Shown: positions 29,202 to 39,541, counted from the first letter of the stretch. The stretch is 64,000 nucleotides of DNA from an uncultured delta proteobacterium (GCA_963806225.1 CAWDXG010000004.1:3712001-3776000), one strand, 5' to 3'. The notes: generated by a model not told the origin, from the sequence alone. Made by a program: numbers and translations.

Positions 29202-29948
29202 CTACTTCTCGTAGACCTGCGCGGCCGCGATGCCCTGCCCACCGGCGACAGTGAGCACCACCTTGACCGGGAAGGCGAAGGGGGCCGGGTTCTTGAAGCA
29301 GTTGGGCTTCTTGCCGAGCACCGCCTGCGAACCCGAGTCCTGGTCGGAAGCGATCACCGGCGTCATGCCCGGCAGCGGCGTGACCGCCACGAACTGCACG
29401 TTCACCTCCGAGACCGGCGGCAGCCCAGCAGCGACGACCGTGTAGCACTTGCCCGGCTGCAGCTGCAGCTGGCTGGAGAGGGTCTGGCCCTGCTGGAAGT
29501 TGCCCGCCAGGGTCGAGCCCACGGGACGCGATCCGGCCACCATCTGGCTCTGCGCCAGTCCGGTCAGGATCGGTTGAGCGGCGGCAGCCGCCGACGGGTC
29601 GATCTGCTGTGCCGCTCCGCCGGCGGCGCCGGCAGCGGGAGCCGTCCCGGCCGGTGCAGGAGCGGTCGTGGTCGGCGCGGGCTGTCCGTAGCCCGGCTGT
29701 CCGTAGCCCGGCTGCTGTCCGTAGCCCGGCTGCTGTCCGTAGCCCGGCTGGCCCGGCTGCGGCTGCTGGCCGTAGCCCGGCTGGCCCGGCTGCGGCTGCT
29801 GGTAGCCCGGCTGGCCGTAGCCCGGCTGGCCGTAGGCGCCCTGCTGGTAGCCGGCCTGCTGCGGCGGCGGGGTCTCGTCCTTCTTGCAGCCCACGGCGCT
29901 CGTGGCAGCGACTGCGCACGCGAGCCCAAGGATCATCGCTCTGGTCAT
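29202..29948 (-). CDS. Lipoprotein with QPGYG repeats and C-terminal beta-sandwich-like domain
   Basis: GAGGAG RBS and SAVGC lipobox, repeats, and a C-terminal domain with two Cys (GKCY, PNCF). Confidence 0.85.
   Translation of the reverse strand: MTRAMILGLACAVAATSAVGCKKDETPPPQQAGYQQGAYGQPGYGQPGYQQPQPGQPGYGQQPQPGQPGYGQQPGYGQQPGYGQPGYGQPAPTTTAPAPAGTAPAAGAAGGAAQQIDPSAAAAAQPILTGLAQSQMVAGSRPVGSTLAGNFQQGQTLSSQLQLQPGKCYTVVAAGLPPVSEVNVQFVAVTPLPGMTPVIASDQDSGSQAVLGKKPNCFKNPAPFAFPVKVVLTVAGGQGIAAAQVYEK
29680..29860 (-). repeat. Coding imperfect tandem repeat (QPGYG(Q))
   Basis: Recurring (c)gtagcccggctg units of 15-33 bp. Confidence 0.85.
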
Positions 29949-30156
29949 TCGAAAAGCTCCTCGTTGCCTCGTTGTTCCTGTGACTCGAACGCTCGGTAAC
30001 GCGCGGGCGCCCGGACGCGGAAGGCTATACTTGGACGGCGCGCTGGGTCCAGCCAATCACCCTTTTCGGCGGTCGAAGCCGTCAATACTGATCCTGCGTG
30101 CAGCCATCCGGCGACGCGGCTGACGCGAGCGCGGCTCTGGGCCAAGCTGTGTTCGC

Positions 30157-30960
30157 GTGCGATTCGCCCTGGTCACCGACGTTCATTTCGGTCCCGCCGC
30201 CTACTTCGAGGGGCGGCTGCGCAAGCTCTCACACGAGGCCGGGCGGCTGCTCGGCGGGTTCGTCGAGCGCATGAACCAGTCGGTGCGGCCCGATCTGGTG
30301 GTGAACCTGGGCGACGCGATCGAGGACGAATCACCCGCGGCCGACCGCGATCGCTACACGGAATTCCTTTCCGTGCTGTCCCGGCTACAAGCGCCGCTGC
30401 TGCACGTCGCCGGCAACCACGACAGCGTCCACCTCGATGACGCCGCGCTCGGTGCGCTCTGGCAACGCCAGGGGCCGCTGTACTACAGCCGCGATGTCGG
30501 CGGCGTGCACTTCGTGGTCCTCAGGACGGAAGAAACGAAGGACGTCGCCGTGCACCTGCCCGCCGAACAGATCGACTGGCTCGCCGCCGATCTCGCCGGA
30601 GAGGCGCTGCCGGCGATCGTGCTCACGCACCACCCCGCGAGTGATCAATCGCTCGAGGGCAACCGTTGGTTCGAGAAGGCACCGCACATCTGCCGCATCG
30701 CCGAGCGCAGGAAGCTGCGCGCCGCGATCGAAGCGAGCGGCAAGGTGCTCGGAGTGTTCAACGGCCATGCGCACTGGAACCACGTCGACGTGATTGCCGG
30801 TATCCCGTACGTGACGCTGCAGAGCCTGGTGGAGAACCTCGACGACGATGCGCCGGGACGCGCCGCAGCGGCATACGCGGTGTGCGATGTCGACGAACGA
30901 AGCCTGCGCGTGTACATCGGCGGCGAGCACGAGCTCCGCCTCGAGTTCCAACGCCGCTGA
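30157..30960 (+). CDS. Calcineurin-like metallophosphoesterase
   Basis: DVH, GD, GNHD, THHP and GHAH motifs. Confidence 0.93.
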   Translation: MRFALVTDVHFGPAAYFEGRLRKLSHEAGRLLGGFVERMNQSVRPDLVVNLGDAIEDESPAADRDRYTEFLSVLSRLQAPLLHVAGNHDSVHLDDAALGALWQRQGPLYYSRDVGGVHFVVLRTEETKDVAVHLPAEQIDWLAADLAGEALPAIVLTHHPASDQSLEGNRWFEKAPHICRIAERRKLRAAIEASGKVLGVFNGHAHWNHVDVIAGIPYVTLQSLVENLDDDAPGRAAAAYAVCDVDERSLRVYIGGEHELRLEFQRR

Positions 30961-30973
30961 CCCGGTAGCGGCA

Positions 30974-30993
30974 GGTCCTGGCAGCCGCTCCAC
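30974..30993 (+). repeat. Dispersed 20-bp intergenic motif GGTCCTGGCAGCCGCTCCAC
   Basis: Identical, in inverted orientation, to 13859-13878; begins 14 nt after the stop at 30960. Confidence 0.8.
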
Positions 30994-31048
30994 TGCAGAG
31001 ACACGCCCCACTCGCGCCGCGCGCGGCGCCCTGCTTCGCCCCTGGCCG

Positions 31049-32563
31049 CTACGGCGCAATCCGCGCCAGGCCCAACCCGACCGGATACATCGAGCCGCCT
31101 TCGATGAACGCGCTCACCAGCTCGGTGCCGCTCATCACCGCGCCGTAGCCGGTGAGCCGGGTGGGGTCGGTCGCGATCGTCTGCGGGCCCCAGATCTTCT
31201 TGCCCGATCCGTCGACGCGTACCACGTCCAGGTGCTTCGCCTGGTACACGGTGCCCGTGTAGTTGCCCATCACCACCAGCGTGTCCGCGCCGTCGGCCAC
31301 GGGATAGGCGTTGTTGTAGTAGTCGGGCGCGGAGCCAATCACGACCGGGCTCGCCAGCGCCTTGCCGGACTTGTCGAGGCGCACCATCTCCATCGTGATC
31401 GTCGGTTGATTGAAGTGCTCGTACACCATGCGCGCTTCGCTGCCGGTGCTCGCGAGCGCCGGCACCTCCGTGCTGTCGGGAACGGGCTGGGTGACGGCGC
31501 CCGTGGTGGAGCCGTCGCTGCCGACGCGGCCGACCACCACCCGGTTGGACGCGCGCGCCGCGACGAGGAAGCCGTCCCCGACGAACGCAGAGGAAACGAA
31601 GCTGTCGACCAGTCCGCCGGGCATCGGGATACTGGCCGGCGGCGTGGTGGAAATGCCGTCGGCCGAGACCACCGCCGCAGCCAGTGACTTCGAGCCTTGC
31701 TCGATCCACACGAGCAGCGGCGAGCCGCCCTGGCGCTCGCCGAACACGGCGCCACGTCCATCTGCCGACACCGTCTTCTTGTGGGTCGCCTTCCCGCTCG
31801 CGTCGATCGCGAACAGCTCGACGCCCTGTCCGTAGCCGCTGGTGGCGAGCTCCCAACCGCCGGGGCGCACCGCCAGCGCAATCTGCGACGGACAGTTCGC
31901 CGCGACGGGTCCGCTCTTGCCGATCAGCGACAGATCCGGCTTGAAGCGCGCGAACCAGACCTGGGGACCGCCGCTGCTCCGCGAGATCCACGCCAGGCCG
32001 ATCTCCTGCGCCGTAGCAGCAATCGCGAGCGACGCGGGAGCCTTGGCGCCGGCGACGGACTCGTCGCAGGCGGTCAGGTGGCCGCCCGAGGGCGCGCAGC
32101 GCGCGCACGCCGCGGTGTCGAAACGACACGCGGACGTGCATCCGAGCGTTCCGCCGGAGAAGCCGAGCGACGTGCAGCTCGCTCCGCCGAGTGCGTTGCC
32201 GTCGCAGTCTTCGGCGTTGTTCTGGCAGGGTGGTCCCCCCGGTCCGCCCGGCGGGTAGCCGCCCCAGCCGCCATCCGGGCAGTCGTTGCACGTGTCGACC
32301 TTGGCGTTGCCGCAGAGGGCCGCGCCGCACGCGGGTGGCGCGACCGTACCCGTGCTGCAGCTCGAGACGCCACCCGTCCCGCCGCTCGAGACGCCACCGG
32401 TGCCGGCACTCGCGCCTGAGCCGCCGGTCGCGCCGGAGCCCCCGCTGCCCCCCGTCCCAGCGTGTCCCGCGCCGCCGTCCGTCGCTCCAGCTTCGAACTT
32501 TCCCGAGCACCCGCCGAATGCCAGCGCGAGCGCACACGCCAGAGGCCAAGTCGATCGCCACAT
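31049..32563 (-). CDS. Cys-rich myxobacterial-type lipoprotein with Gly linker and beta-rich C-terminal domain
   Basis: AFGGC lipobox, Gly/Ser/Thr linker, and the Cys module CGNAKVD..EDCDGNALGGASCTSLGFSGGTLGC..C. Confidence 0.85.
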   Translation of the reverse strand: MWRSTWPLACALALAFGGCSGKFEAGATDGGAGHAGTGGSGGSGATGGSGASAGTGGVSSGGTGGVSSCSTGTVAPPACGAALCGNAKVDTCNDCPDGGWGGYPPGGPGGPPCQNNAEDCDGNALGGASCTSLGFSGGTLGCTSACRFDTAACARCAPSGGHLTACDESVAGAKAPASLAIAATAQEIGLAWISRSSGGPQVWFARFKPDLSLIGKSGPVAANCPSQIALAVRPGGWELATSGYGQGVELFAIDASGKATHKKTVSADGRGAVFGERQGGSPLLVWIEQGSKSLAAAVVSADGISTTPPASIPMPGGLVDSFVSSAFVGDGFLVAARASNRVVVGRVGSDGSTTGAVTQPVPDSTEVPALASTGSEARMVYEHFNQPTITMEMVRLDKSGKALASPVVIGSAPDYYNNAYPVADGADTLVVMGNYTGTVYQAKHLDVVRVDGSGKKIWGPQTIATDPTRLTGYGAVMSGTELVSAFIEGGSMYPVGLGLARIAP

Positions 32564-32695
32564 GCCCGGGTGACGAGCAATCCCCATGCCGGGCTGTCCA
32601 GCAGGTCCTGGCGCGACTTCGCCGCTATCTGTGCCAGATCGAGTGTGCCAGACGGCACCCGCGATCCGGATGCCGCGCGCGGGGCAGCCCCGGGC

Positions 32696-34222
32696 TCAGG
32701 CCGGTTCCGGCTCCTGTCCGCTGGGCTCGTCGTCCTCGGCCGGCTCTTCTTCGCCGGCGTCGCCCTGGTCGGCAGCTGCGGCAGGTTCCTCCGCCGCCTT
32801 CTTCGCCTTGCGCTTCGCGCGGCGCTTCTTGCGGGCGGCCCTGCGGCGGGCGCGCTCGGCTTCTTCGTCCTCGTCGGGCTCGGCCGCTTCCTCGTCGCCT
32901 TCCGCTTCCGCGGCGGGCTCCTCGTCCTCGTCCTCGGCTTCCTCTTCCTCTTCTTCGTCCTCGTCGAACGCGGCGCCTTCCAGGCCGAGGCTCATCGCGC
33001 CTTCCGGATCAAGCTCGGCGGCGCGCTCGTAGTAGCTCCACGCAAAAGCCACACCGACGGCCGTAAGCAGCCCGATCCACTGCGACGTGGAAAGCTGGAT
33101 CGGGGTAGCGGAATCGAACTGGCCCGGCTTGAGCAGCACGTAGGCGACGAAGGCCGGCACCACGCTCGCGAGCTGGGTCGCGTGCCGGAGCCCGGCCTTG
33201 GCGATCGACCGCGCCGGCCCGTAGCAATAAGCGGCGGCAAAGACCAGGAGCGCGAGCGGGATGAAAATGTGCTGCGAGACAAAGGGGCCGTAGGAGCCCC
33301 GCTCCAGATCGTCGCGGATGATCTCCAGAAGGAAGCGCAAGAGGCCGTACGCGAACGCGAACGTGAAAAACACCTCGCCGCGGAACTTCTGTTTCCTGCG
33401 CATGTAGAAAAGGAGCACGAGCAGGAACGCGCCGATCAGCGAAGAGTAGAGCTGCGTCGGATGCACCGGCAGCGATGCCTTCGCGTCGGGCGACAGACCG
33501 CGGTGGTTGACGTGCTGGATCCACGCGGGCGAGCCCGCGCCCTGCGGCAGGGTTCCGTCGGGCCAGCGCGGAAAGGTCCCGAGCTTCTTGAGCCAAGCCG
33601 GTGCGTCGGCGGACAGCGGCTTGCCGAAGTCGCAGCCGAACATGTAGCAGCCGATGCGCGTGATCATCAAACCCGAAGCCAGGCTCGGCACGGCCACGTC
33701 CGCCCACGGCATGAGCCGGATGCGGTGCATGCGCAGGAACAGCCACGACGCCAGGAACCCGCCGAGGAACCCACCGTAGGCGACCATGCCGCCGCGGCGG
33801 ATGTTCACGATGTCCACCAGCGCGTGGAACTCGTCCAGGTTGGTCAGCACGTACAGAAGGCGCGCGAAGATCAGCGCGCCAACCGCGGTGACGAAGTAGC
33901 AGTTCGCCATCGTCTCGCGGGGCAGGCCGTCTTTCTTCGCCAGGCCGAGCGTCAGGTACCAGCCCACCACGAGCGACAGGCACAACATCGCGCCGTAGCT
34001 GTAGATGGGCAGGCTGCCGAGTGCGTAGGACTGGCCCTTGAACCGGAACGCGGCCACGGCGCAGCCCACCGCGAGCACCGCACCGATGAGCAGCAGGTCG
34101 GCGGCCTTCTTGCGCCAGCCGAACAGCGCCACCAGCGCGCCGAGCGCCGCCACGCCGAGCAGCGCGGGAAAAAGGGGGACGTTCCAGGCGGGAAGCGGGA
34201 TCCTGAAAAGGATAGGGTGCAT
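32696..34222 (-). CDS. lgt: Prolipoprotein diacylglyceryl transferase
   Basis: MHPILF, YSYGAM, GGMVAYGGFLGG, RIGCYMFGCDFG, HPTQLY, RFLLEIIR and STSQWI motifs. Confidence 0.95.
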   Translation of the reverse strand: MHPILFRIPLPAWNVPLFPALLGVAALGALVALFGWRKKAADLLLIGAVLAVGCAVAAFRFKGQSYALGSLPIYSYGAMLCLSLVVGWYLTLGLAKKDGLPRETMANCYFVTAVGALIFARLLYVLTNLDEFHALVDIVNIRRGGMVAYGGFLGGFLASWLFLRMHRIRLMPWADVAVPSLASGLMITRIGCYMFGCDFGKPLSADAPAWLKKLGTFPRWPDGTLPQGAGSPAWIQHVNHRGLSPDAKASLPVHPTQLYSSLIGAFLLVLLFYMRRKQKFRGEVFFTFAFAYGLLRFLLEIIRDDLERGSYGPFVSQHIFIPLALLVFAAAYCYGPARSIAKAGLRHATQLASVVPAFVAYVLLKPGQFDSATPIQLSTSQWIGLLTAVGVAFAWSYYERAAELDPEGAMSLGLEGAAFDEDEEEEEEAEDEDEEPAAEAEGDEEAAEPDEDEEAERARRRAARKKRRAKRKAKKAAEEPAAAADQGDAGEEEPAEDDEPSGQEPEPA

Positions 34223-34339
34223 CGGGGGCTCTCCTTACCCGCGAAACGGCGAGCCGACCAGGGGTGGCCGCCGGGTGCGGGAGGGCTCCGGGCGCTCGCC
34301 GACGGGGCGATGCGACAAGTTCAGGGCAGGGGTGCTAGC

Positions 34340-35311
34340 ATGCCGCATGTGTTGCGCTTGATGGGCTCAGTAGTGGCCGCCGCGACCCTGGTCGCGTGCG
34401 TCCCATCTCAACGCGAGAACTCCACGAATGATGCCGGCGCCAGCCATCCGGCTGTGCGTCCGGTGCAGAAGCGGCAGGTCCAGCCCGCGCTGAACCTGCC
34501 CTTCCGCGAACAGCCGAACCGCAAGCGGGCCCGGCCGCTCAAGCCGCCCGAGGCTCCAGCGGCGTCGGCATCGGCGGCGGCTCCGGCATCTGCATCGGCG
34601 GCGGCTCCGGCATCTGCATCGGCCTCGGCGGCGGCCCCCGCGGGCAGCGCTGCTCCGCCTGCAACGTCTGCCGGGGCGCCGAAGACCGGCGCACAGGCCC
34701 CGGAGAAGGATCCGCTGCTCGAGAAGCCCTTCCAGGACTTCTTCAACCGGCAGGACGTGGGACCGGACTGGAACGTCACGTCGCCCGTCTGGCACATCCA
34801 GCGAGGGCGGCTCTGCGGCCAGGGCGCCAAGAACCACGGGGTCTGGCTGAAGCGGCGCCTCCCCGTGAACGCCCGCATCGAGTTCGACGCCACCACCGGC
34901 TCGCCCGACGGCGACATCAAGGCGGAGTTCTGGGGCGACGGCCACAGCACCGCTACCGGCGTCTCCTACACCAACGCCACGAGCTATCTGACCATCTTCG
35001 GCGGCTGGAAGAACCACTATCACGTGCTCGCGCGGATCAACGAGCACGCGCCCGACCGCCCGCAGGTCATCATCCAACCCGGCAGCACCGAGCTGAAGAA
35101 GCAGCCGGTCCGGCCCAATGTCATCTACCACTTCAAGGTCGTGCGCGAAAACGGCCGCACCCTGCACTGGTACGTGAACGACATCGAGATCCTGAACTAC
35201 ACCGATCCGAAACCGCTCGAGGGCCCAGGGCACGATCACTTTGGTTTCAACAACTGGGCCGTGCCCCTGTGCTTCGACGACCTGGAGATCACGCCCCTGC
35301 CGAATCATTGA
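34340..35311 (+). CDS. Lipoprotein with Ala/Pro/Ser linker and ConA-like beta-sandwich domain
   Basis: LVAC lipobox, ASASAAAP repeats, and a C-terminal domain ending GFNNWAVPLCFDDLEITPL. Confidence 0.8.
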   Translation: MPHVLRLMGSVVAAATLVACVPSQRENSTNDAGASHPAVRPVQKRQVQPALNLPFREQPNRKRARPLKPPEAPAASASAAAPASASAAAPASASASAAAPAGSAAPPATSAGAPKTGAQAPEKDPLLEKPFQDFFNRQDVGPDWNVTSPVWHIQRGRLCGQGAKNHGVWLKRRLPVNARIEFDATTGSPDGDIKAEFWGDGHSTATGVSYTNATSYLTIFGGWKNHYHVLARINEHAPDRPQVIIQPGSTELKKQPVRPNVIYHFKVVRENGRTLHWYVNDIEILNYTDPKPLEGPGHDHFGFNNWAVPLCFDDLEITPLPNH

Positions 35312-35317
35312 GCCGCC

Positions 35318-36490
35318 GTGGATGTCGACGAAGTAGAGATTGCCATCAATGAGCTGGAAAACCGGCTCGAACGCTTGCGCTCGCTCTACGAACAGTACTT
35401 CCTCGGCATCGAGAAGATCGAACCGGCCGTCGCGCGCAAGGACGTGGACCGGCGCATCTGGCTGCTGCGACGCGAGCAGATCCGCAACACGGCGCGGCGC
35501 TTCAAGCTGCAGACGGTCATCCAGCGCTACAACACCTTCCAGCAGTACTGGCAGCGCATCTGCCGCGAAATCGAGAACGGCACGTACAAGCGTCACCTGC
35601 TGCGCGCCGAGAGGAACTTCGGGCCGGACCAGGCCCTGACGATCGTTGCGCGGAAGCGCTTCAAGAAACGTGGCGAGGCGGAGGCTAGGGCTGCCGACAA
35701 GGCGCTCGACGCACAGAACAAGCTGGCGGCAGACCTGGGCGCTGCCCTGGACGACAAGAACTACGATCCGCTGGAAGAAGCCAAGCGCGCGGTCGACGCG
35801 GCGCTCGGCCGGACAGACTCCGGAGGCGGGAGCCGACAGACCGATGCCGCGCCGAGCCGCGAGCGACCCCCTCCGCCCACTCCCGCGCCGCCCCGCGCGC
35901 CGAGCGTCCTACCTAGACAACAGCTGGGGCGCCTGGAGCTCGACCTGGACGACGACCTGCTAGGCGGTTCGTCGCCTCCCTCCCCGGCCAGCAACCGGCC
36001 CCGACCCGCAGCTGCGGTCGCCGCACGAGCCCCGGCCCGGGCTGCGCCTCCGATCGCCCCAGCGCGGCGCGAGGCTCCGGCCAGCCCGGCTCGACCGCCG
36101 GCCCGTCCATCGGCTGGCGCCCGACCCGCGCCACCCGCCGGCGCGCCTGGTCCCAAGCCTCCCGCACCGCCGGCCCGGCCAGCAGCCGCAGCCCGGCCAG
36201 CAGCCGCAGCTCGCCCGGGTGCAGCCCGCCCGCCTGGGCCTCCGCCGCGGAAGGCCGGCGGCGAGGCCGGTCAGGCAGGCATGAGCGACGACCGGGTGCG
36301 CGAGCTGCACTCGCGGCTGGTCAACGCACGGCAGCAAACCAACGATCGCCGCAACATCAGCGTCGACGGGCTGAAGAAGAGCCTCCAGGCAGCCGAGTCC
36401 AAGCTGCGCAAGCAGCACGGTAACCGCAAGATCGACTTCGATGTGGTGATCAAGGACGGCAAAGCCGTCGTGAAGCCGATCGTGCGCTAG
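35318..36490 (+). CDS. Myxobacterial coiled-coil protein resembling the MXAN_5187 C-terminal-domain family
   Basis: LYEQYFLGIEK..RNTARRFK..YWQRICREIENGTYKR, a Pro-rich middle, and terminal FDVVIKDGKAVVKP. The family name is from recall. Confidence 0.75.
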   Translation: MDVDEVEIAINELENRLERLRSLYEQYFLGIEKIEPAVARKDVDRRIWLLRREQIRNTARRFKLQTVIQRYNTFQQYWQRICREIENGTYKRHLLRAERNFGPDQALTIVARKRFKKRGEAEARAADKALDAQNKLAADLGAALDDKNYDPLEEAKRAVDAALGRTDSGGGSRQTDAAPSRERPPPPTPAPPRAPSVLPRQQLGRLELDLDDDLLGGSSPPSPASNRPRPAAAVAARAPARAAPPIAPARREAPASPARPPARPSAGARPAPPAGAPGPKPPAPPARPAAAARPAAAARPGAARPPGPPPRKAGGEAGQAGMSDDRVRELHSRLVNARQQTNDRRNISVDGLKKSLQAAESKLRKQHGNRKIDFDVVIKDGKAVVKPIVR

Positions 36491-36500
36491 GGCCTGGGGC

Positions 36501-36776
36501 TCAGCGCGCCAGGCCAGTGCGTTCGGAGCTGGAGGGCGGCGCCGACCGGCGCGATTCCACCAGCACCTCGTCCTCGCAGAACAGCAGCGAGCACGAAGTC
36601 CGGCCGGCTTCGCGCATGCGGCTGCAGAGCTCCGCCAGATCCTCGTCCGAGTCCACCACATCGCCCTCGATGGGCTGCAGCGTGGATTGGTCGAGGCGGC
36701 AATTGTCGAGCGCCACCCAGAGGCCCTTGAACTGCTCCGAGCGGCAGAGCTCGGGCCAGGTCATCCTGGTCTTCAT
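36501..36776 (-). CDS. Small hypothetical protein
   Basis: 91 aa with GC3 bias and a globular-looking sequence (FKGLWVALDNC, GDVVDSDEDLAELC). Confidence 0.75.
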   Translation of the reverse strand: MKTRMTWPELCRSEQFKGLWVALDNCRLDQSTLQPIEGDVVDSDEDLAELCSRMREAGRTSCSLLFCEDEVLVESRRSAPPSSSERTGLAR

Positions 36777-36885
36777 CGCAACTTGACTACCTTGGCGGTG
36801 GGTTTTCCCGTGAGGGGTCGATTTCCCGATGCGAAGCGATTGAAGCGGTCCGAAGCCCCCGGAGCAGAAAAGCGACGGCAGCCCG

Positions 36886-36915
36886 GATCTAGACCCAGCT
36901 ATTCCGTAGCGTCAA
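36886..36915 (-). promoter_or_regulatory. Possible sigma70-type promoter
   Basis: TTGACG-N18-TAGATC about 110 nt upstream of the 36776 start, with an A/T-rich tract further upstream. Confidence 0.3.
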
Positions 36916-37000
36916 GCCGAGGGTGTGGCAAAAAATATACACCCAGCGGAAGTTACCAGGATCACAACCGCAATTTCGCGGAAGGAAACGGATACCGCGA

Positions 37001-38752
37001 CTACTTGCAGGTCTTGACCGCGGCGTTCAGCGCGCCGCTCCCCGCGCCCATGGCGCGGGCCGCGCCGGCGATGGCCTTGGCCTGGGGGCATCTGCCGTTG
37101 AACGCTGCTGCCCGGGCCGCCGCAGGCGCCTTCGCCCGGGCAAAGGCGGCGCAGCGCTGTTTCGCGCTGGCGTTGTTGCAGCGCGAGTAGTTGGCAGCCG
37201 CGCCGGAGATGTTCCCGCCCTGGGCCGCGGCAATACAGGCCGCACAGGCCTGGGCGCCGCCTGCCGCCGGGGGCTTGGCCGTGGCCGTCGGTTTCGACGT
37301 GGCCGTCGGGTGCGTCGGCGCCGCGGTGTGCGCCTGGGTGGTCGTGTGCGTGGGCTGGGGCGCGGTGGAGGTGTCCTCCGGAGCCGTACCAGTCGCCTGG
37401 GTGGTCGCAGTTTCCCCCGCTGAATCCACCTGTGGCGCGATGGTGGTCGCGCCGCTGGAGGAGCTCGAGAACGGATTGGCCAGGGCCTGGTCCGTTTCGG
37501 AGGGCTTCATCCCCCGGGCCACGACGATGACGATCGCGATCAGCAGCACCAGTCCGAGCCCGCCGAGGCCGATGACGAGCCCCTTGCCTCCCCCGCCGCC
37601 GCCGCGTGCAGGGGGTGGAGGCGGCGGCAGGTTGGCGGCCACCGGCGGAGGCCCGCCGGGGGTTGGTTGCGCCGCCGCCACGGCGGGCGCAGCGGCCGCA
37701 CCCATTGCGGCGAAATCCGGAGCCGCCGGCATCGCCGCGGTACCGGCAGAACCCAGCGACACCGGGCCGCTCGCCGCCGGGGCGTCCACCGTGATGCCGC
37801 CGCCACCGGACAGCTCCTCGAAGAACTGCCGCGCGGTGGTCTGGCGCTGCTCCTTCTCCTTGGACAGGGCGCGCATGATCGCCGACCGCATGGACTCGGG
37901 GACGCTGCTGCTGCTGCTCGGCGCCGCGTCGAAGGGGATCGGCTGCGCCGTCATGTGCTGTGTCGCCCACTGCCAGGGCGTGTCTGCTTCGAAGGGCAGC
38001 CGCCCGGTGAGCATTTCGTAGGACATCACGCCGAGCGAGTAGATGTCGCTGCGGGCATCGAGCTCCTTGCCGGTGAACTGCTCGGGGCTCATGTACGGCG
38101 GCGTTCCGAGCACCATTCCCTGCTGGGTGAGCTTCTGTTCCTTCTGCGCGTCGCTGGATTCGGTGCGCGCCGCGATGCCGAAATCCAGCACTTTCACGAA
38201 GTCCGTCTCACCCGCGCGGTCGGTGAGGATGATGTTCTCGGGCTTCAGGTCGCGGTGGATGATGCCCAGCTTGTGGGCCTCGTCGAGAGCGCCGCAGACC
38301 TGCTTCATGATCTTGAGGGTGCGCGCCGGAGCAATCGGCCCCTCCTCGATCACGTCCATCAAGGACTTACCCTTGACGAACTCCATCGCGATATAGAGCG
38401 TCCCGTCCGCGGTCGCGCCGAAGTCGTAGAACTTGATCGTGTTGGGGTGCTCGAGCTGTGCGACCGTGCCGCACTCGCGGTGGAAGCGCGCCAGCACCGA
38501 CGGGTCCTGCGACAGATGCGGGTGCAGGGTCTTGACGGCGACCTTGCGCAGCGTCGAGCCCATCTGCTGTTCGGCAACGTAGACGATACCCATGCCGCCT
38601 TCGCCGAGCACGCCGGTGATGCGGTAGCGCCCGCCGATCACCTGTCCGATGAGCGGATCCTCTTTGTGCTCCTCCACGGGAAGGAGCGCGCCGCACTTCG
38701 CACAAAAGCGCGCACCGTCGATGTTTTCCTGACCGCAGGCCTCGCAGTGCAT
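37001..38752 (-). CDS. Transmembrane Ser/Thr protein kinase with N-terminal zinc ribbon
   Basis: CEAC/CAKC, GEGGMG, VAVK, HRDLKPEN, DFG and GTPPYMSPE; TM helix and Cys-containing extracytoplasmic tail. Confidence 0.96.
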   Translation of the reverse strand: MHCEACGQENIDGARFCAKCGALLPVEEHKEDPLIGQVIGGRYRITGVLGEGGMGIVYVAEQQMGSTLRKVAVKTLHPHLSQDPSVLARFHRECGTVAQLEHPNTIKFYDFGATADGTLYIAMEFVKGKSLMDVIEEGPIAPARTLKIMKQVCGALDEAHKLGIIHRDLKPENIILTDRAGETDFVKVLDFGIAARTESSDAQKEQKLTQQGMVLGTPPYMSPEQFTGKELDARSDIYSLGVMSYEMLTGRLPFEADTPWQWATQHMTAQPIPFDAAPSSSSSVPESMRSAIMRALSKEKEQRQTTARQFFEELSGGGGITVDAPAASGPVSLGSAGTAAMPAAPDFAAMGAAAAPAVAAAQPTPGGPPPVAANLPPPPPPARGGGGGGKGLVIGLGGLGLVLLIAIVIVVARGMKPSETDQALANPFSSSSSGATTIAPQVDSAGETATTQATGTAPEDTSTAPQPTHTTTQAHTAAPTHPTATSKPTATAKPPAAGGAQACAACIAAAQGGNISGAAANYSRCNNASAKQRCAAFARAKAPAAARAAAFNGRCPQAKAIAGAARAMGAGSGALNAAVKTCK

Positions 38753-38851
38753 GGCGGCGTAAGCGTCGCACGAAGCGCCACCGCTGCGCCACCTTCCCAT
38801 CCCGCCCTCCCGCCTGCGCCGTGGTCCTCGCGCCGGGGGCTGGCTTCCTCT

Positions 38852-39541
38852 CTAGTCGGGGGCCGCGTCGGAGGCCCCGGCGTCGTCCCGAACCGGGGCG
38901 ACCTCGGGCACACCAGGTGGCGGAAGGGGGTGGTCGGGCGGCCAGGCCAGCGGCTGGCGTGCGCCCGTGGCGCGATCCACGAGAACCGCACGGGTGGCGC
39001 GCGCGCTGGCTGGGACGAGCAGTTGGCGTGTCGCGACTGCTCCGGCCGCGAGTGTCGGCGGCTCGTGCAGCGGCTGTCGCCGTCCGCGCCGGGGTGCTTC
39101 GGCCGCCACCAACGGGAAATCGAAGCGCACGCGCTCTACCAGCTCGTGACCAATCCACAGCTCGACCGCGTAGCGCCCCATGTTGCGCGCGGTCACGACC
39201 GGATGCGGAAAGCGCAGGGCCTTGACGCTCTGGACGCTGACCTTGCCGTGGTCGTAGAGCAGCGTGTACTGCCATTGCCGCGCGAGCCGGAGCGGGTCCG
39301 GGTCGGGCTGGCTGCCGCTGGGCGGACGGACCAGCGCTCGTGCCGCGCCGCCCTCGCCGGCCGCGCTGGGGTCGCCGGAGCTGTGCGGTGCCGTCCCCCC
39401 GTCCCTGGGCTGGGCCTCGAGCACATGCGCCGGGAACGCGACTTCCGGTCCTCGCTCGCGCGGAAAGCGCGCTGCAGAACAGGCCACCGCGAGCCCCAGG
39501 GCCGACGTGAGCCCGATTGCGGTTCCGGCGCGGAGGGACAT
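38852..39541 (-). CDS. Hypothetical lipoprotein
   Basis: LAVAC lipobox and a globular core (GRYAVELWIGHELVERVRFDFP). Confidence 0.75.
   Translation of the reverse strand: MSLRAGTAIGLTSALGLAVACSAARFPRERGPEVAFPAHVLEAQPRDGGTAPHSSGDPSAAGEGGAARALVRPPSGSQPDPDPLRLARQWQYTLLYDHGKVSVQSVKALRFPHPVVTARNMGRYAVELWIGHELVERVRFDFPLVAAEAPRRGRRQPLHEPPTLAAGAVATRQLLVPASARATRAVLVDRATGARQPLAWPPDHPLPPPGVPEVAPVRDDAGASDAAPD

Noticed and set aside
32618..32655. Two TGGCAC hexamers upstream of the Cys-rich lipoprotein as sigma54 sites
   Set aside because: Neither has TTGC/GC at the required -12 spacing.
36777..36885. Structured leader or ncRNA upstream of the 91-aa gene
   Set aside because: Only short GC-rich stems, with no recognisable riboswitch or Rfam-like motif.
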